Source of the DNA: Pseudomonadota bacterium
GTDB taxonomy: Bacteria > Pseudomonadota > Alphaproteobacteria > SHVP01
DNA length: 64,000 nucleotides
Assembly (NCBI GenBank): GCA_022566715.1
Contig: JADFIH010000001.1
Coordinates: forward strand, 2,420 to 66,419
Direction of reading: 5' to 3'
In this document: piece by piece, positions 43,309-53,722 of the stretch
Layout: every line of letters starts with the position of its first letter
Position numbering within the stretch: position 1 is the first letter of the stretch
Notes under the pieces: generated by a model
What the model saw: only the letters and a program-made list of their open reading frames with translations
Told to the model about the DNA's origin: nothing
Databases searched by the model: none
Program-made: the position numbers and the translations under genes

Positions 43309-43725
43309 TCAGGCCTGAATCCAGGGAAGGCCGGCGGCCTTCCAGCCCCCGGTCACGCCGCGGTGCCGGTCGCCGTCAAGATCGCCCTCGAACCCACCGG
43401 CTACGTTGAAGCACTTCGAATACCCTGCCGCCGTCATGGCGACCGCAGCCGCTTGGGACCGTGCGCCCGACCGGCAAAGAAATAAGATGCTCGCATCGGT
43501 GTCGGTGGCCTGCGCCCGAACCTCCTCGACGAAGGCCGGGTTCTGCTCCATCTTCGGTAGTGTTTGCCAAGACACCCGAACGGCCTGTTTCCGGATTCCA
43601 GAAAGATCGGGGGCGCCGACGAAGTTCCACTCCGCGGCCGTGCGCACGTCGACGAGTACCGCCGAGGATTCGTCGCCCAATCGGCGCCACGCTTCTTCGA
43701 CACTAATATCGCCTGAGTACGTCAT
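43309..43725 (-). CDS. rhodanese-domain sulfurtransferase
   Basis: Single rhodanese domain with active-site loop CRSGARS. Its stop codon abuts the dnaA start codon. Confidence 0.75.
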   Translation of the reverse strand: MTYSGDISVEEAWRRLGDESSAVLVDVRTAAEWNFVGAPDLSGIRKQAVRVSWQTLPKMEQNPAFVEEVRAQATDTDASILFLCRSGARSQAAAVAMTAAGYSKCFNVAGGFEGDLDGDRHRGVTGGWKAAGLPWIQA

Positions 43726-44268
43726 CGGAATTTGTATCTACCAATCTTCGGCTTGGAGCTATTCGCATCGAACTATTTTTTGAACCGATTATTTCGAGCG
43801 ATCATCCACCGCCCATGGCTCGTTCTATTGCGGCCCCTCAAACCATCACGTTTTAATTTTTTCCGTATGTGTTTACGACTCGAAATTTTATTGTGACTCA
43901 AGAATCGAAGTACGCTAGCGGCGACAGATCAATTGAACAATTGAACCGCAGCCCCACTCAGTACACTTCAAATTATCAAGTAATACTTCGGAGGCCCTCC
44001 CTTGCCCCCGGGTCGTATGCAACACATTAATGCCCCGCCCGGCGCCATGCAACTGCCTCGCCGTCCGCGAACGAGAAATTACCTCGCCGCATAGGCACAT
44101 GGGCAACACACTACATTTTGCTTGAAGTTGGCACACCGTCCCAAGATGTTTGGGCATCCTGTTTGAACAACAGAAAATTTTTCAACCCTGCGATTTGGCG
44201 ACGGCATGCCCCGAGGCACAAAAAAACCGCGCCAACCCCGGGCGCGGTTTTGTGTCGAAAAAAAACTT
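43726..44268. promoter_or_regulatory. AT-rich rpsT-dnaA intergenic region: candidate oriC / dnaA promoter
   Basis: A 540-bp region of markedly lower GC. Contains a DnaA-box-like ATCATCCAC, tandem AATTGAAC-AATTGAAC, and three GANTC sites within 35 bp. Confidence 0.4.
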
Positions 44269-44535
44269 TCAGACCGACATCGATTTAACGCGGCGCGACA
44301 GTTTCGACACGCGGCGCGATGCGGTGTTCTGTTTCATCACGCCCCGCCGAACACCACGCATGAGCTCTGGCTCGGCCTTCTTCAGCGCGTCCGCGGCCGC
44401 TTCACGGTCGCCACCTGCAACAGCGGTTTCGACATTCTTGATATGGGTGCGAATCCGGCTGACGCGCGCACGATTGATCGCGGTGCGGGTCTTGGTGCGG
44501 CGAATGCGCTTTTGGGCTGACTTATGATACGCCAT
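44269..44535 (-). CDS. rpsT: 30S ribosomal protein S20
   Basis: MAYHKSAQKRIRRTKTRTAINRARVSRIRT is a near-canonical S20 sequence. Confidence 0.9.
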   Translation of the reverse strand: MAYHKSAQKRIRRTKTRTAINRARVSRIRTHIKNVETAVAGGDREAAADALKKAEPELMRGVRRGVMKQNTASRRVSKLSRRVKSMSV

Positions 44536-44702
44536 GGCTACAACAATGAGTTTGGTTTGGAACGCGGCCTTATATCGCCTGGGGCCTCCACCGTCAACAT
44601 GCCAATTTCTGGCTGTTTTCCGCGGCGTTTCAGGGGAGAATTTGGCGAAGGGCCGGCCTGGGGGCCTAAACCGAACGGATGGCCCAAGGGGGCGCCCGCC
44701 GG

Positions 44703-45479
44703 TCAAGCGTGCTTGAAGTCGGGTTTTCGCTTTTCGACGAACGCCGCCATGCCTTCTTTTTGATCCGCCAGCGCGAATGTCGCATGAAAAAGGCGCCGTT
44801 CGAACCGCACGCCTTCCGACAAAGTCGTTTCATAGGCGCGGTTGACAGCTTCCTTCGCCATCATCACCGAAGGGCGCGACAGCGCGGCAATCTCGCCGGC
44901 AACCCGAACCGCTTCATCGACGAGCTCGGCGACGGGCAAAACTCGGCTGACCAGACCCGCCCGCTCGGCTTCGTCCGCGTCCATCGTACGGCCGGTCAGG
45001 ACCATCTCCATCGCTTTTGATTTACCAATGAAGCGTGTCAAACGTTGTGTGCCACCCGATCCCGGTATGACGCCCAATTTGATTTCCGGTTGGCCGAACT
45101 TTGCGTTTTCTCCGGCGAGTATGAAGTCGCACATCATCGCGATTTCACAACCGCCACCGAGTGCAAAGCCCGCGACCGCCGCAATGACCGGCTTGCGGCA
45201 GGTCGTGATCCGTTCCCAGTCTGAAGTAATAAAGTCTTCGGAGTAGGCCTGCGCAAAAGACTTGTCCTGCATCTCCTTGATATCGGCGCCGGCCGCGAAG
45301 GCCTTTTCGTTGCCCGTGATGACGACGGCGCCGATCGCGCCGTCATCCTCGAACGCATCGAGCGCCGATCCAAGCTCACGCATGAGCCTTGCGTTCAGCG
45401 CGTTAAGTGCGTCCGGCCGATTGAGCGTGATGAGTCCCACGGCGCCGCGGGTCTCGACAAGAATGTTTTCATAGGGCAT
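44703..45479 (-). CDS. enoyl-CoA hydratase (crotonase family)
   Basis: 258 aa with [11 protein letters not shown] and catalytic Glu residues ([17 protein letters not shown]). Confidence 0.85.
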   Translation of the reverse strand: MPYENILVETRGAVGLITLNRPDALNALNARLMRELGSALDAFEDDGAIGAVVITGNEKAFAAGADIKEMQDKSFAQAYSEDFITSDWERITTCRKPVIAAVAGFALGGGCEIAMMCDFILAGENAKFGQPEIKLGVIPGSGGTQRLTRFIGKSKAMEMVLTGRTMDADEAERAGLVSRVLPVAELVDEAVRVAGEIAALSRPSVMMAKEAVNRAYETTLSEGVRFERRLFHATFALADQKEGMAAFVEKRKPDFKHA

Positions 45480-45615
45480 GGCGCGCCTTTCCTCCCCAGT
45501 GCGGATCGATTTTGGCCGGGATCACCGCGCGGGGCGGTTCATGGAGCGAATCCGGCAACCCGAATATTTCGCTCTAACTTATTGATGTGGAGGGGATTCA
45601 CAAGTTTTGTCCGCA

Positions 45616-46449
45616 CTAACGCTGGCGGCGGGAGCAGAAGAATGTCGAGCGGCCGCTCTGGACGATTCGCTGGATGGCGCCGCCGCAGTCGCAGCCGGCG
45701 CAGCTCTCGCCCTCGCGGCCGTAGACGGCGAAGCGGTGCTGAAAATAACCGAGCTCGCCCGACGCCTGGACGTAATCGCGCAGGGTGGACCCCCCCGCTT
45801 CGATTGCCTCGTTGAGGATGCCCTTGATGGCCGGCGCCAGCCTTTCGGCCCGCCGCCCGGCCACGGAAGCGGCGGCCCGGCGGGGCGATATCCCCGCCCG
45901 GAACAAAGCTTCACAGACATAGATGTTGCCGAGTCCCGCCACGGTGTGTTGATCCAGAAGCGCCGCCTTGATCGGGGTCCTGCGCCCACGCAGCGCCGCC
46001 GACAGCGAGGGGCCATTGAAGGCGTTGCCAAGGGGCTCCGGCCCCAAATCGCGCAGCAAGGGATGTTCCGCTAGGTCCGCCTGGAGCGCCAGGGTCATCA
46101 GGCCAAACCGCCGGACGTCGCGGTAGACCAGCGTCGTTCCGTCATCGAGCGTGAATTCGACGTGGTCGTGGGGGCCGGGCGGCTCGGCGGGCCGGCCGTC
46201 GTGGATGACCCACTGACCCGACATGCCCAGGTGAACGATCAGAGCCGTCCCGCCAGACAGCCGCGCCACGATGTATTTGGCGCGCCGGTCGAGCCGGGTG
46301 ACGGTCCGGCCCTCCAGCCGGCGGCTGAAGTTTTCCGGGAACGGAATACGCAAATCGGGCCGGCGCACAATGACGCGCGACAGGGTGCGCCCTTCGAGAC
46401 GCGGCCGCAGGCCGCGCACAATGGTCTCTACCTCCGGAAGTTCCGGCAC
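45616..46449 (-). CDS. mutM: formamidopyrimidine-DNA glycosylase
   Basis: N-terminal PELPEVETI (GTG start), H2TH domain, and C-terminal zinc finger [23 protein letters not shown]. Confidence 0.9.
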   Translation of the reverse strand: MPELPEVETIVRGLRPRLEGRTLSRVIVRRPDLRIPFPENFSRRLEGRTVTRLDRRAKYIVARLSGGTALIVHLGMSGQWVIHDGRPAEPPGPHDHVEFTLDDGTTLVYRDVRRFGLMTLALQADLAEHPLLRDLGPEPLGNAFNGPSLSAALRGRRTPIKAALLDQHTVAGLGNIYVCEALFRAGISPRRAAASVAGRRAERLAPAIKGILNEAIEAGGSTLRDYVQASGELGYFQHRFAVYGREGESCAGCDCGGAIQRIVQSGRSTFFCSRRQR

Positions 46450-46457
46450 CGCCGCAC

Positions 46458-46868
46458 CTATTTCCGCGTGGGATTCCGGAATTTCAGGGGCAGCAACTCG
46501 GAAATCGGAAGGCTTTCCGGGCCATTGTCGGTTTGGACGATCACCTTGGCGCGGGCCCCGTAGTCGCTGATCATCTCGCGGCACATTCCGCAGGGAGAGG
46601 CCAGCATCGGGGTTTCGTCCTCCGGACTCACTTGCAGCACAGCGACGATGGTTTCTATTTCGTCCTCGCCCTCGGACACGGCCTTGCCGAGCGCCACCGC
46701 CTCCGCGCAGACCGCGATGCGGCCCACGTGCGTGTCGAGGTTGACGGCGGTGTAGACCCTGCCCGAACGCATCCGTACGGCGCTGCCCACCTTGTGCCGC
46801 GCATCACGGAACGCGCTACGGATGATGGCGCGCGCCCGGTCGATCAACTCCCGATCCCGTTCGTCCAT
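46458..46868 (-). CDS. cdd: cytidine deaminase
   Basis: CAEAVA and PCGMCRE zinc-binding motifs. 136 aa. Confidence 0.7.
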   Translation of the reverse strand: MDERDRELIDRARAIIRSAFRDARHKVGSAVRMRSGRVYTAVNLDTHVGRIAVCAEAVALGKAVSEGEDEIETIVAVLQVSPEDETPMLASPCGMCREMISDYGARAKVIVQTDNGPESLPISELLPLKFRNPTRK

Positions 46869-46974
46869 ATTACCCTTTGTCCGTCAGGTGGGTGGCGCCC
46901 ATCACTTGGCCCCATTTGATGGGCGCGCACAACTTGTCGAAAGTAGCGCGGTTGATGGCGCTGCGCTATGGTCG

Positions 46975-47020
46975 CCACTAGAGCGGTTCCGACTTAGTCG
47001 GAACCACTCTAGCTTTTTGT
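46975..47020 (+). terminator. orphan plus-strand intrinsic terminator (possible 3' end of an unannotated small RNA)
   Basis: 17-bp stem CTAGAGCGGTTCCGACT / AGTCGGAACCACTCTAG followed by CTTTTTGT. No plus-strand CDS lies upstream, and a 10-bp GC hairpin sits at 46895-46935. Confidence 0.5.
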
Positions 47021-47145
47021 CACTCGCGGCGGCGGACCGGAAGGTCCGCGCCTGCGCGGGCGCGCCGGATAACCGGCGGGCCGCCTTGCGGCCTCGAGCG
47101 ATTCCAGCAGCCTTGAGCGGGTTCTGATGAACTGGAATCGCTCTA

Positions 47146-47979
47146 ATGACGCGGAGCGAAGAAATGCCCGACACAGCGTCGGATAACGGCGGCGCGGACG
47201 CCGAGGATACCACCGATTTTGGCTACCGCCGCGTGACGGCCGCGGAAAAACCGGAGCTGGTCCGCGGCGTCTTTGATTCAGTGGCCAACCGGTACGATCT
47301 CATGAACGATCTCATGAGCGGTGGCGTCCACCGCCTCTGGAAGAGCGCGCTGGTCGCCAAGCTCGATCCCCGGCCGCCCCTGCATTTCGTCGACGTGGCC
47401 GGCGGCACCGGCGATATCGCCTTTCGCATCCTTGCGCGCCTGAAGGCCCGCGCCGCGAAATCCGGCGAGGAGGCCGGAGCCGAGCGGAACCGCGCCACCA
47501 TCATCGACATCAACCAGCATATGCTGGACGTGGGCCGCGACCGGGCGCTCGACCGCGGTCTTATAGCCGGGCTGGACTGGGTTTGCGGCGACGCCACGGC
47601 CCTGCCGCTGGACGACTCGTCCGTCGATGCCTACACCATTGGGTTTGGCATTCGCAACGTCACCGGTATCGAGGAGGCTCTGAGGGAGGCCCGCCGCGTT
47701 CTGCGGCCGGGCGGCAGGTTCCTCTGCCTCGAATTCTGTCCGGTCGAGCGGCCCCTGCTGCGCCCCCTATACGACGCTTACTCCTTCGCGGTCGTGCCGG
47801 CGTTGGGCCGGGCCGTCGCGGGCGACGCCGAGTCCTATCGCTATCTGGTGGAAAGCATTCGCCGCTTCCCCGGACCGGAGAAGTTTACCGCCCTCATGGA
47901 GGCCGCGGGCCTCGAGCAGGTGCGGGTCCGCGCCTTAACCGGCGGTGTGGTCGCGCTGTACTCGGGTTGGCGCCTCTAG
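47146..47979 (+). CDS. ubiE: ubiquinone/menaquinone biosynthesis C-methyltransferase
   Basis: SAM-binding VDVAGGTGD and the conserved UbiE N-terminus FDSVANRYDLMNDLMSGGVHRLWK. Confidence 0.9.
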   Translation: MTRSEEMPDTASDNGGADAEDTTDFGYRRVTAAEKPELVRGVFDSVANRYDLMNDLMSGGVHRLWKSALVAKLDPRPPLHFVDVAGGTGDIAFRILARLKARAAKSGEEAGAERNRATIIDINQHMLDVGRDRALDRGLIAGLDWVCGDATALPLDDSSVDAYTIGFGIRNVTGIEEALREARRVLRPGGRFLCLEFCPVERPLLRPLYDAYSFAVVPALGRAVAGDAESYRYLVESIRRFPGPEKFTALMEAAGLEQVRVRALTGGVVALYSGWRL

Positions 47980-47991
47980 GCGCGATCCTTC

Positions 47992-49539
47992 GTGTTCCGC
48001 GCCGCCCGTAATATTCTTCGGCTGATCAGCATCGCCCGCATTCTGGCGCGCCACGACGCCCTGTTCGTGCTCGATCTGCTCGGCCTGGGGCCCACGCCAG
48101 CACGCCTGGGCCGATTTTTTCTCCGCGGACCGCGCCGGGGCAGCCCTTTGCGCCAAGGGCAGCGACTGGCGGCCGCCCTGCGCGAACTTGGACCCGCCTT
48201 CATCAAGTTCGGCCAGACCTGGTCGACCCGCGCCGATCTCATCGGGGAAGAGATGGCCGACGATCTGGGGGAGTTGCGCGACCGGCTGCCGCCGTTCCCG
48301 TCCGATCGGGCCCGTCAAACCGTGGTAAAGGAACTCGGCCGTCCGATCGAGGAGCTGTTTTCCGAGTTCACCGACCAGCCGACCGCTGCCGCTTCCATCG
48401 CACAGGTCCATTTCGCGGTGACGATGGAGGGCGAGGAGGTCGCCGTGAAGGTCCTGCGGCCCGGCATCGAGAAGGCTTTTCAGCGCGACATCGAATTGCT
48501 CTTATGGCTCGCCGAGACCGCCGAGCGCACCCAGCCCGCAATGCGGAGGCTCAAACCGGTCGAGGTCGTCCGCGGCTTCTCGGATGTCGTCGACATCGAG
48601 ATGGACCTGCGCTTCGAGGCCGCGGCGGCCTCCGAGTTGCGCCAGAATTTCGAGGACGATCCGACCTTTCAGGTGCCGACCGTTCACTGGGCGCTCACCA
48701 GCCGCCGCGTACTCACCTTGGCGCGCATAACCGGAACCCCGCTCAGCGACCGCCAGACCCTGCTCGACGCGGGAATCGAGCCCAAGACGGTCATCACCAA
48801 TCTGTTGAACGCCTTTCTGCGCCAGGTCTTCCGCGACGGATTTTTTCATGCCGACCTGCACCCGGGAAACCTCTTCGCCGACGCCGACGGCAACATCCTT
48901 GCGGTCGATTTCGGGATCATGGGGCGCCTCGACATGCAATCGCGCCTGTTCCTTGCCGAATTGCTGCTCGCTTTCCTCTTGCGCGACTATTGGCGCGCCG
49001 CGGAGGTTCATTTTGAAGCGGGGTACATTCCCGCCGACCAATCGCTCGAGGCCTTCGCGCAGGCTTGCCGGTCGATTGGGGAGCCGATCCTGGGAAAACC
49101 GGCGACCGAGATCTCGATTGGCCGGCTGCTCTCCCAGCTCTTGCAAACGACGGAAAAGTTTCAGATGGAAACCCAACCGCAACTGCTGCTGCTGCAAAAA
49201 ACCATGGTGGTTGCGGAGGGGGTGTCGCGCCGCCTCGACCCGAACGTCGTGGTCTGGGAGATCTCACGGCCGGTTATCGAGGAATGGATACGCGGCAACC
49301 TGGGCCCGCAGGCTCAGCTGCGCGATTCGGCGAAGCAAGCCGTGGCGCTGGTGCGGCGCCTGCCGGCCCTGGTCGAGCGGGTGGAGAGCGTCATCGACCA
49401 ACTGGCGGGGGACGGCCTCAAGCTCGATCCCGAGAGCGCCAAGCTTATCGCCGCGGGCCAGAGCCGCGGCCGGTCCTTCGAGCGTACCCTGATCGTCATT
49501 GGGATACTTATCCTGCTCGCGGTCACGATCCTCTCGTAA
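47992..49539 (+). CDS. ubiB: ubiquinone biosynthesis regulatory kinase-like protein UbiB (ABC1/ADCK family)
   Basis: ABC1 kinase-like domain (AAASIAQVH, FFHADLHPGN, DFG) and a C-terminal TM helix. Follows ubiE by 13 nt. Confidence 0.9.
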   Translation: MFRAARNILRLISIARILARHDALFVLDLLGLGPTPARLGRFFLRGPRRGSPLRQGQRLAAALRELGPAFIKFGQTWSTRADLIGEEMADDLGELRDRLPPFPSDRARQTVVKELGRPIEELFSEFTDQPTAAASIAQVHFAVTMEGEEVAVKVLRPGIEKAFQRDIELLLWLAETAERTQPAMRRLKPVEVVRGFSDVVDIEMDLRFEAAAASELRQNFEDDPTFQVPTVHWALTSRRVLTLARITGTPLSDRQTLLDAGIEPKTVITNLLNAFLRQVFRDGFFHADLHPGNLFADADGNILAVDFGIMGRLDMQSRLFLAELLLAFLLRDYWRAAEVHFEAGYIPADQSLEAFAQACRSIGEPILGKPATEISIGRLLSQLLQTTEKFQMETQPQLLLLQKTMVVAEGVSRRLDPNVVVWEISRPVIEEWIRGNLGPQAQLRDSAKQAVALVRRLPALVERVESVIDQLAGDGLKLDPESAKLIAAGQSRGRSFERTLIVIGILILLAVTILS

Positions 49540-49645
49540 AATCATGGCCTGGGATCGGTATCCGAGCCGATCTTGGGGTCTTGTGCCCGCGGAAGCTCCA
49601 TATTAAATATACAACTAACTACCGTACTTAATCGAGGTTCCCACA

Positions 49646-50923
49646 TTGGCGGCAAGCAAACGGGTGCTGCTCATCATCTCGGGCGGCATCGCGGCCTATA
49701 AATGCCTGGAGCTGATCCGCCGTCTGACGGACGCGGACATCGCCGTGCGCTGCATCATGACGAAAGCGGCGGAGCGGTTCGTGACGCCCCTGTCGGTGGG
49801 CGCGCTGAGCCGCGATACGGTGTATTCGGACCTGTTCTCGCTCAAGGACGAGAGCGAGATGGGCCATATTCGGCTCTCGCGGGAGGCCGACCTGGTGGTG
49901 GTCGCCCCGGCAACCGCCGACATCATCGCCAAGATGGCCGCGGGTCTCGCCGATGACCTGGCGACAACGACCCTGGTGGCGACGGACAAACCGGTCCTGA
50001 TCGCACCCGCCATGAACGTGGCCATGTGGAAACATCCGGCGACCCAGCGCAACATTGCCCAGCTACGCGAGGACGGCATCGCCCTGATCGGCCCGGAAAC
50101 GGGGGAACTCGCGGACGGCGAGTACGGTACGGGCCGTATGTCCGAACCGGACGCTATCCTGCAAGCGATCGAGTCCCGCCTCGGCGGTCCCAAGGTGATC
50201 GGCCGCGACCGGTTTGTGGGACCGGGAACCGCCCTCAAGGGGCGCAGGGCCATTGTCACCGCCGGGCCGACCCACGAGGCGATCGACCCCGTTCGCTTCA
50301 TCGCCAACCGGTCGAGCGGCAAGCAGGGCTACGCCATTGCCGCCGCCCTTGCGCTTGCGGGAGCCGAGACCATCCTGGTGACGGGCCCCACGGACCTTGC
50401 GGCGCCGGACGGCGTCACGGTGGTTCCGGTGGAATCGGCCCGCGACATGCTGGCCGCCAGCACCGATTCGTTGCCCGCCGACATCGCCATCTGCGTTGCC
50501 GCCGTGGCCGATTGGCGCGTCGAGAATGAAACCGGCGCCAAACTCAAAAAAGGCGCCACGCCACCCGAGCTCAAGCTCATCCCAAACCCCGACATCCTGG
50601 CCATCCTGGCGGCATCGCGGACCCGCCCCGCGCTGGTCATCGGCTTTGCCGCCGAGACCGAACGCGTGGTCGAGAATGCCGCGGAGAAAAGGGTCCGGAA
50701 AGGCTGCGACTGGATGGTGGCGAACGATGTCTCGCCGGGCACGGGCACCTTTGGCGGCGACCGCAACCAAGTGCATCTGATTACCGCGGATGGCGCGGAA
50801 AGCTGGCCGAGCATGTCGAAAACGGAGGTCGCGGAGTGGCTCGTCGCCCGCATCGTCCGGACGCTGGGCCGCAAGGAAGACTCAACCCCCGGGCACGGCC
50901 CGACCCAGATCGCCGGCTCATGA
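49646..50923 (+). CDS. coaBC: bifunctional phosphopantothenoylcysteine decarboxylase / phosphopantothenate-cysteine ligase
   Basis: Flavoprotein N-domain ([13 protein letters not shown]) plus a CoaB C-domain. 425 aa. Confidence 0.9.
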   Translation: MAASKRVLLIISGGIAAYKCLELIRRLTDADIAVRCIMTKAAERFVTPLSVGALSRDTVYSDLFSLKDESEMGHIRLSREADLVVVAPATADIIAKMAAGLADDLATTTLVATDKPVLIAPAMNVAMWKHPATQRNIAQLREDGIALIGPETGELADGEYGTGRMSEPDAILQAIESRLGGPKVIGRDRFVGPGTALKGRRAIVTAGPTHEAIDPVRFIANRSSGKQGYAIAAALALAGAETILVTGPTDLAAPDGVTVVPVESARDMLAASTDSLPADIAICVAAVADWRVENETGAKLKKGATPPELKLIPNPDILAILAASRTRPALVIGFAAETERVVENAAEKRVRKGCDWMVANDVSPGTGTFGGDRNQVHLITADGAESWPSMSKTEVAEWLVARIVRTLGRKEDSTPGHGPTQIAGS

Positions 50924-51438
50924 GCGAAGCCGTCGTTCACGTCGAGCGGCTTGCTCACGCCGCCGGCCTGCCGCTCCCGGCCTATGCGACGCGGGACAGC
51001 GCCGGCGCCGATCTCTGCGCCGCCGTCTCGCAAGACGTCGTGCTGCGCCCAGGCGAACGGGCGCTCATTCCCTCGGGCTTTAAAATGGCCGTCAGCCCCG
51101 GATACGAGGCCCAACTCCGGCCACGCTCGGGCCTCGCCCTGCGCCACGGGGTCACGGTGCTGAACAGCCCGGGGACGATCGACGCGGATTACCGGGGAGA
51201 GGTGGGCGTCGTGCTGATCAACCTGGGAGACCGGGATTTCACGGTTCGGCGCGGCGACCGAATCGCCCAGATCGTCATTGGCCGGGTCGAAAGCGCGGTT
51301 TGGCGGGAAACCAGCACGCTAACGGAGACCTCACGTGGTTCGGCGGGTTTCGGTTCGACCGGACACGGTTCGACTAAGTTGACCGGCGGCGACGCCACGC
51401 CGCGCCGGGCACCGGGCCCCGTGACCGAGGCGTCCTAG
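50920..51438 (+). CDS. dut: dUTP diphosphatase
   Basis: dUTPase motifs ([30 protein letters not shown]). ATGA overlap with coaBC. About 20-aa C-terminal extension. Confidence 0.85.
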   Translation: MSEAVVHVERLAHAAGLPLPAYATRDSAGADLCAAVSQDVVLRPGERALIPSGFKMAVSPGYEAQLRPRSGLALRHGVTVLNSPGTIDADYRGEVGVVLINLGDRDFTVRRGDRIAQIVIGRVESAVWRETSTLTETSRGSAGFGSTGHGSTKLTGGDATPRRAPGPVTEAS

Positions 51439-51442
51439 GGCG

Positions 51443-51895
51443 ATGCTTCATCTATCGAAAAAGATGCTGTTCGCCCTCGAGGCCGTGGTCGACATCGCCT
51501 ATAACGCCGGCAGCGAGCCCGTGCAATCCAAGGAGATCACGCGGCGCCAGGGCATCCCCCAACGCTACCTCGAGCAAGTCATGCAACGCCTTGTCCGTGC
51601 CGGCATCCTCAAGGGTGTGCGCGGCCCGCGCGGCGGTTATCGCCTGGCCCGGGAGCGCCGGCGCGTCACCGTCGGCCAAATCGCGCAGGTGGTGTACGAC
51701 CTCGATGAAGACGATGGCCCGGCCTATCCCACCGCGTCGCCGCTGGGGACGAAAGTGGTCCAACCCATGTGGGCGGAACTCCAGGACGGTTTGATGAATC
51801 GCCTCGACGCGATCACCGTTGAGGATTTATGCCGCCGCGCCCACGATACGGGTGTCGAAAGCGAGTCCCGGAAACGGCTGGACTACACGATTTGA
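51443..51895 (+). CDS. Rrf2-family transcriptional regulator lacking the IscR Fe-S cysteine triad (CymR-like)
   Basis: Winged-helix Rrf2 N-terminus. Only one Cys in the C-terminal half, so not IscR/NsrR. Immediately upstream of cysK. Confidence 0.8.
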   Translation: MLHLSKKMLFALEAVVDIAYNAGSEPVQSKEITRRQGIPQRYLEQVMQRLVRAGILKGVRGPRGGYRLARERRRVTVGQIAQVVYDLDEDDGPAYPTASPLGTKVVQPMWAELQDGLMNRLDAITVEDLCRRAHDTGVESESRKRLDYTI

Positions 51896-51916
51896 GGCGC
51901 GCCCGGCGCGTTCGGA

Positions 51917-52895
51917 GGTAACCGGTATGGACCCCCGCCCGGAGGCCCAGAAATGGTGCCGCGGCCAAATCTATGACAGCGTTGTCGATACCATCGGCGC
52001 GACGCCCTTGGTGCGCCTGCGCGCCCTCTGCGCCGAAGCGAACTGCAAAGCCGACGTTGTCGGCAAGCTTGAGTATTTCAACCCGTTGGCCTCGGTGAAG
52101 GACCGTATCGGCCGGGCCATGATCGAGGCCGCCGAACGCGAGGGCCGCATTCGCGACGGCACGGTCTTGGTCGAGCCCACGTCGGGCAATACGGGCCTGG
52201 CGCTGGCGTTCATATGCGCCGCCAAGGGATACCGCTTGATCCTGACCATTCCGGATAATACGACGGCCGGGCGGCGCAAGATGCTGGAGCTTCTGGGCGC
52301 CGAGATTCGCCTGACGCCGGCCTCGCAAGGTATGCGCGGCGCGATCCTCAAGGCGCACGAGATCGTTGAGGACCTGCCGGATGCGCTACTGTTGCAGCAG
52401 TTCGAGAATCCGGCCAATCCGGAGGCGCACCGCACCACGACGGGCGAGGAGATTTGGACGGATACGGCGGGTGAAGTCGATGTACTGGTGGCGGGCGTGG
52501 GCACCGGGGGCACGTTGACGGGCGTGGCGGAGTTGCTTAGGGAGCGCAAGCCGGAGGTTATGATCGTCGCCGTGGAGCCTGAGGATTCGGCTGTCCTGAC
52601 GGGTGGCCCCGCCGGGACGCATGCCATCGAAGGCATTGGCGCGGGGTTCAAGCCCGCCATATTGAAGGCGGAGCTGATTGACGAGATCGTGACCATCGCC
52701 AACGAAACGGCCCGGACGACCTCGCGCCGCGCCGCGCGCCTGCAAGGGCTGGCGGTGGGAATCTCCTCGGGCGCGGCCATCGCCGCGGCGCTGGAGGTGG
52801 GCTCGCGCCCCGGCATGGAGGGCAAGCTGATCGTGGCCGTGTTGCCGGATTTCGCCGAACGCTACCTATCGACACCCCTGTTCGACGATCTCTAG
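51917..52895 (+). CDS. cysK: cysteine synthase (CysK/CysM family, PLP-dependent)
   Basis: PLP-lysine motif SVKDRIG, TSGNTG, GVGTGGT. RBS GGAGG precedes ATG 51917. Confidence 0.85.
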
Positions 52896-52915
52896 GGCCC
52901 CTGTTCGAAACCCTC

Positions 52916-53722
52916 ATGGCTGAACCGATGGACTTTTCCGAGGAGCAAATCCAGCGCTATGCCCGGCACATCATCCTTTCCGAGGTGGGCGGCACGGGGC
53001 AGGCCAAGCTGCTCGAGTCCAAGGTCCTGGTCATCGGGGCGGGGGGCCTTGGATCGCCCGTGTTGATGTATCTCGCCGCGGCCGGGGTCGGAACCATCGG
53101 CATCGTCGACGATGACCAAGTCAGCCTGTCGAACTTGCAGCGCCAGATCATTCACACGAGCGGCCGGATCGGCGAGAATAAGACGGAAAGCGCCGCCGCG
53201 ACCCTGGCGGCCATCAATCCGGACGTATCCGTCGTCCGGCACACCCTGCGCCTGAACGCCGGCAACGTCATGGACCTGATCGCGGATTACGATGTCGTGG
53301 CCGACGGGTCGGACAATTTCGAGACCCGCTTCCTCGTCAACGACGCCTGCCATATCGGCGGAAAGACCCTGGTCTCGGCCGCCATCCTGCGCTTCGACGG
53401 TCAGCTTTCCACCTTCAGATCCCACGAAGGGGACGGCCATCCGTGCTACCGCTGCATCTTCCCCGAGGCGCCGCCCCCTGGCCTGATCCCGAGTTGCGCC
53501 GAGGGGGGCGTGTTGGGAGCGTTGGCGGGCACGATGGGATCAATGCAGGCCACCGAGGTCATCAAGGAACTCCTGGGCATCGGCGAGAGCCTGTCGGGCA
53601 CCCTATTGATCTACGATGGCCTCGCAACGTCCTTCCGCAAGGTGAGGGTCCGCCCCGACCCGGCCTGCAAGCTGTGCGGGGCGCAGGCCACCATTACGGA
53701 CCTGTCCGCCCATGCCGCCTGA
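52916..53722 (+). CDS. ThiF/MoeB-family E1-like adenylyltransferase (MoeZ-like, no rhodanese domain)
   Basis: Nucleotide-binding GAGGLGS, then a Cys4 zinc site (CYRC ... CKLC). Confidence 0.8.
   Translation: MAEPMDFSEEQIQRYARHIILSEVGGTGQAKLLESKVLVIGAGGLGSPVLMYLAAAGVGTIGIVDDDQVSLSNLQRQIIHTSGRIGENKTESAAATLAAINPDVSVVRHTLRLNAGNVMDLIADYDVVADGSDNFETRFLVNDACHIGGKTLVSAAILRFDGQLSTFRSHEGDGHPCYRCIFPEAPPPGLIPSCAEGGVLGALAGTMGSMQATEVIKELLGIGESLSGTLLIYDGLATSFRKVRVRPDPACKLCGAQATITDLSAHAA

Noticed and set aside
43726-44268. CtrA boxes (TTAA-N7-TTAAC) in the candidate origin region.
   Set aside because: No spaced TTAA pairs were found. Only the AATTGAAC tandem, which does not fit the CtrA consensus, is present.
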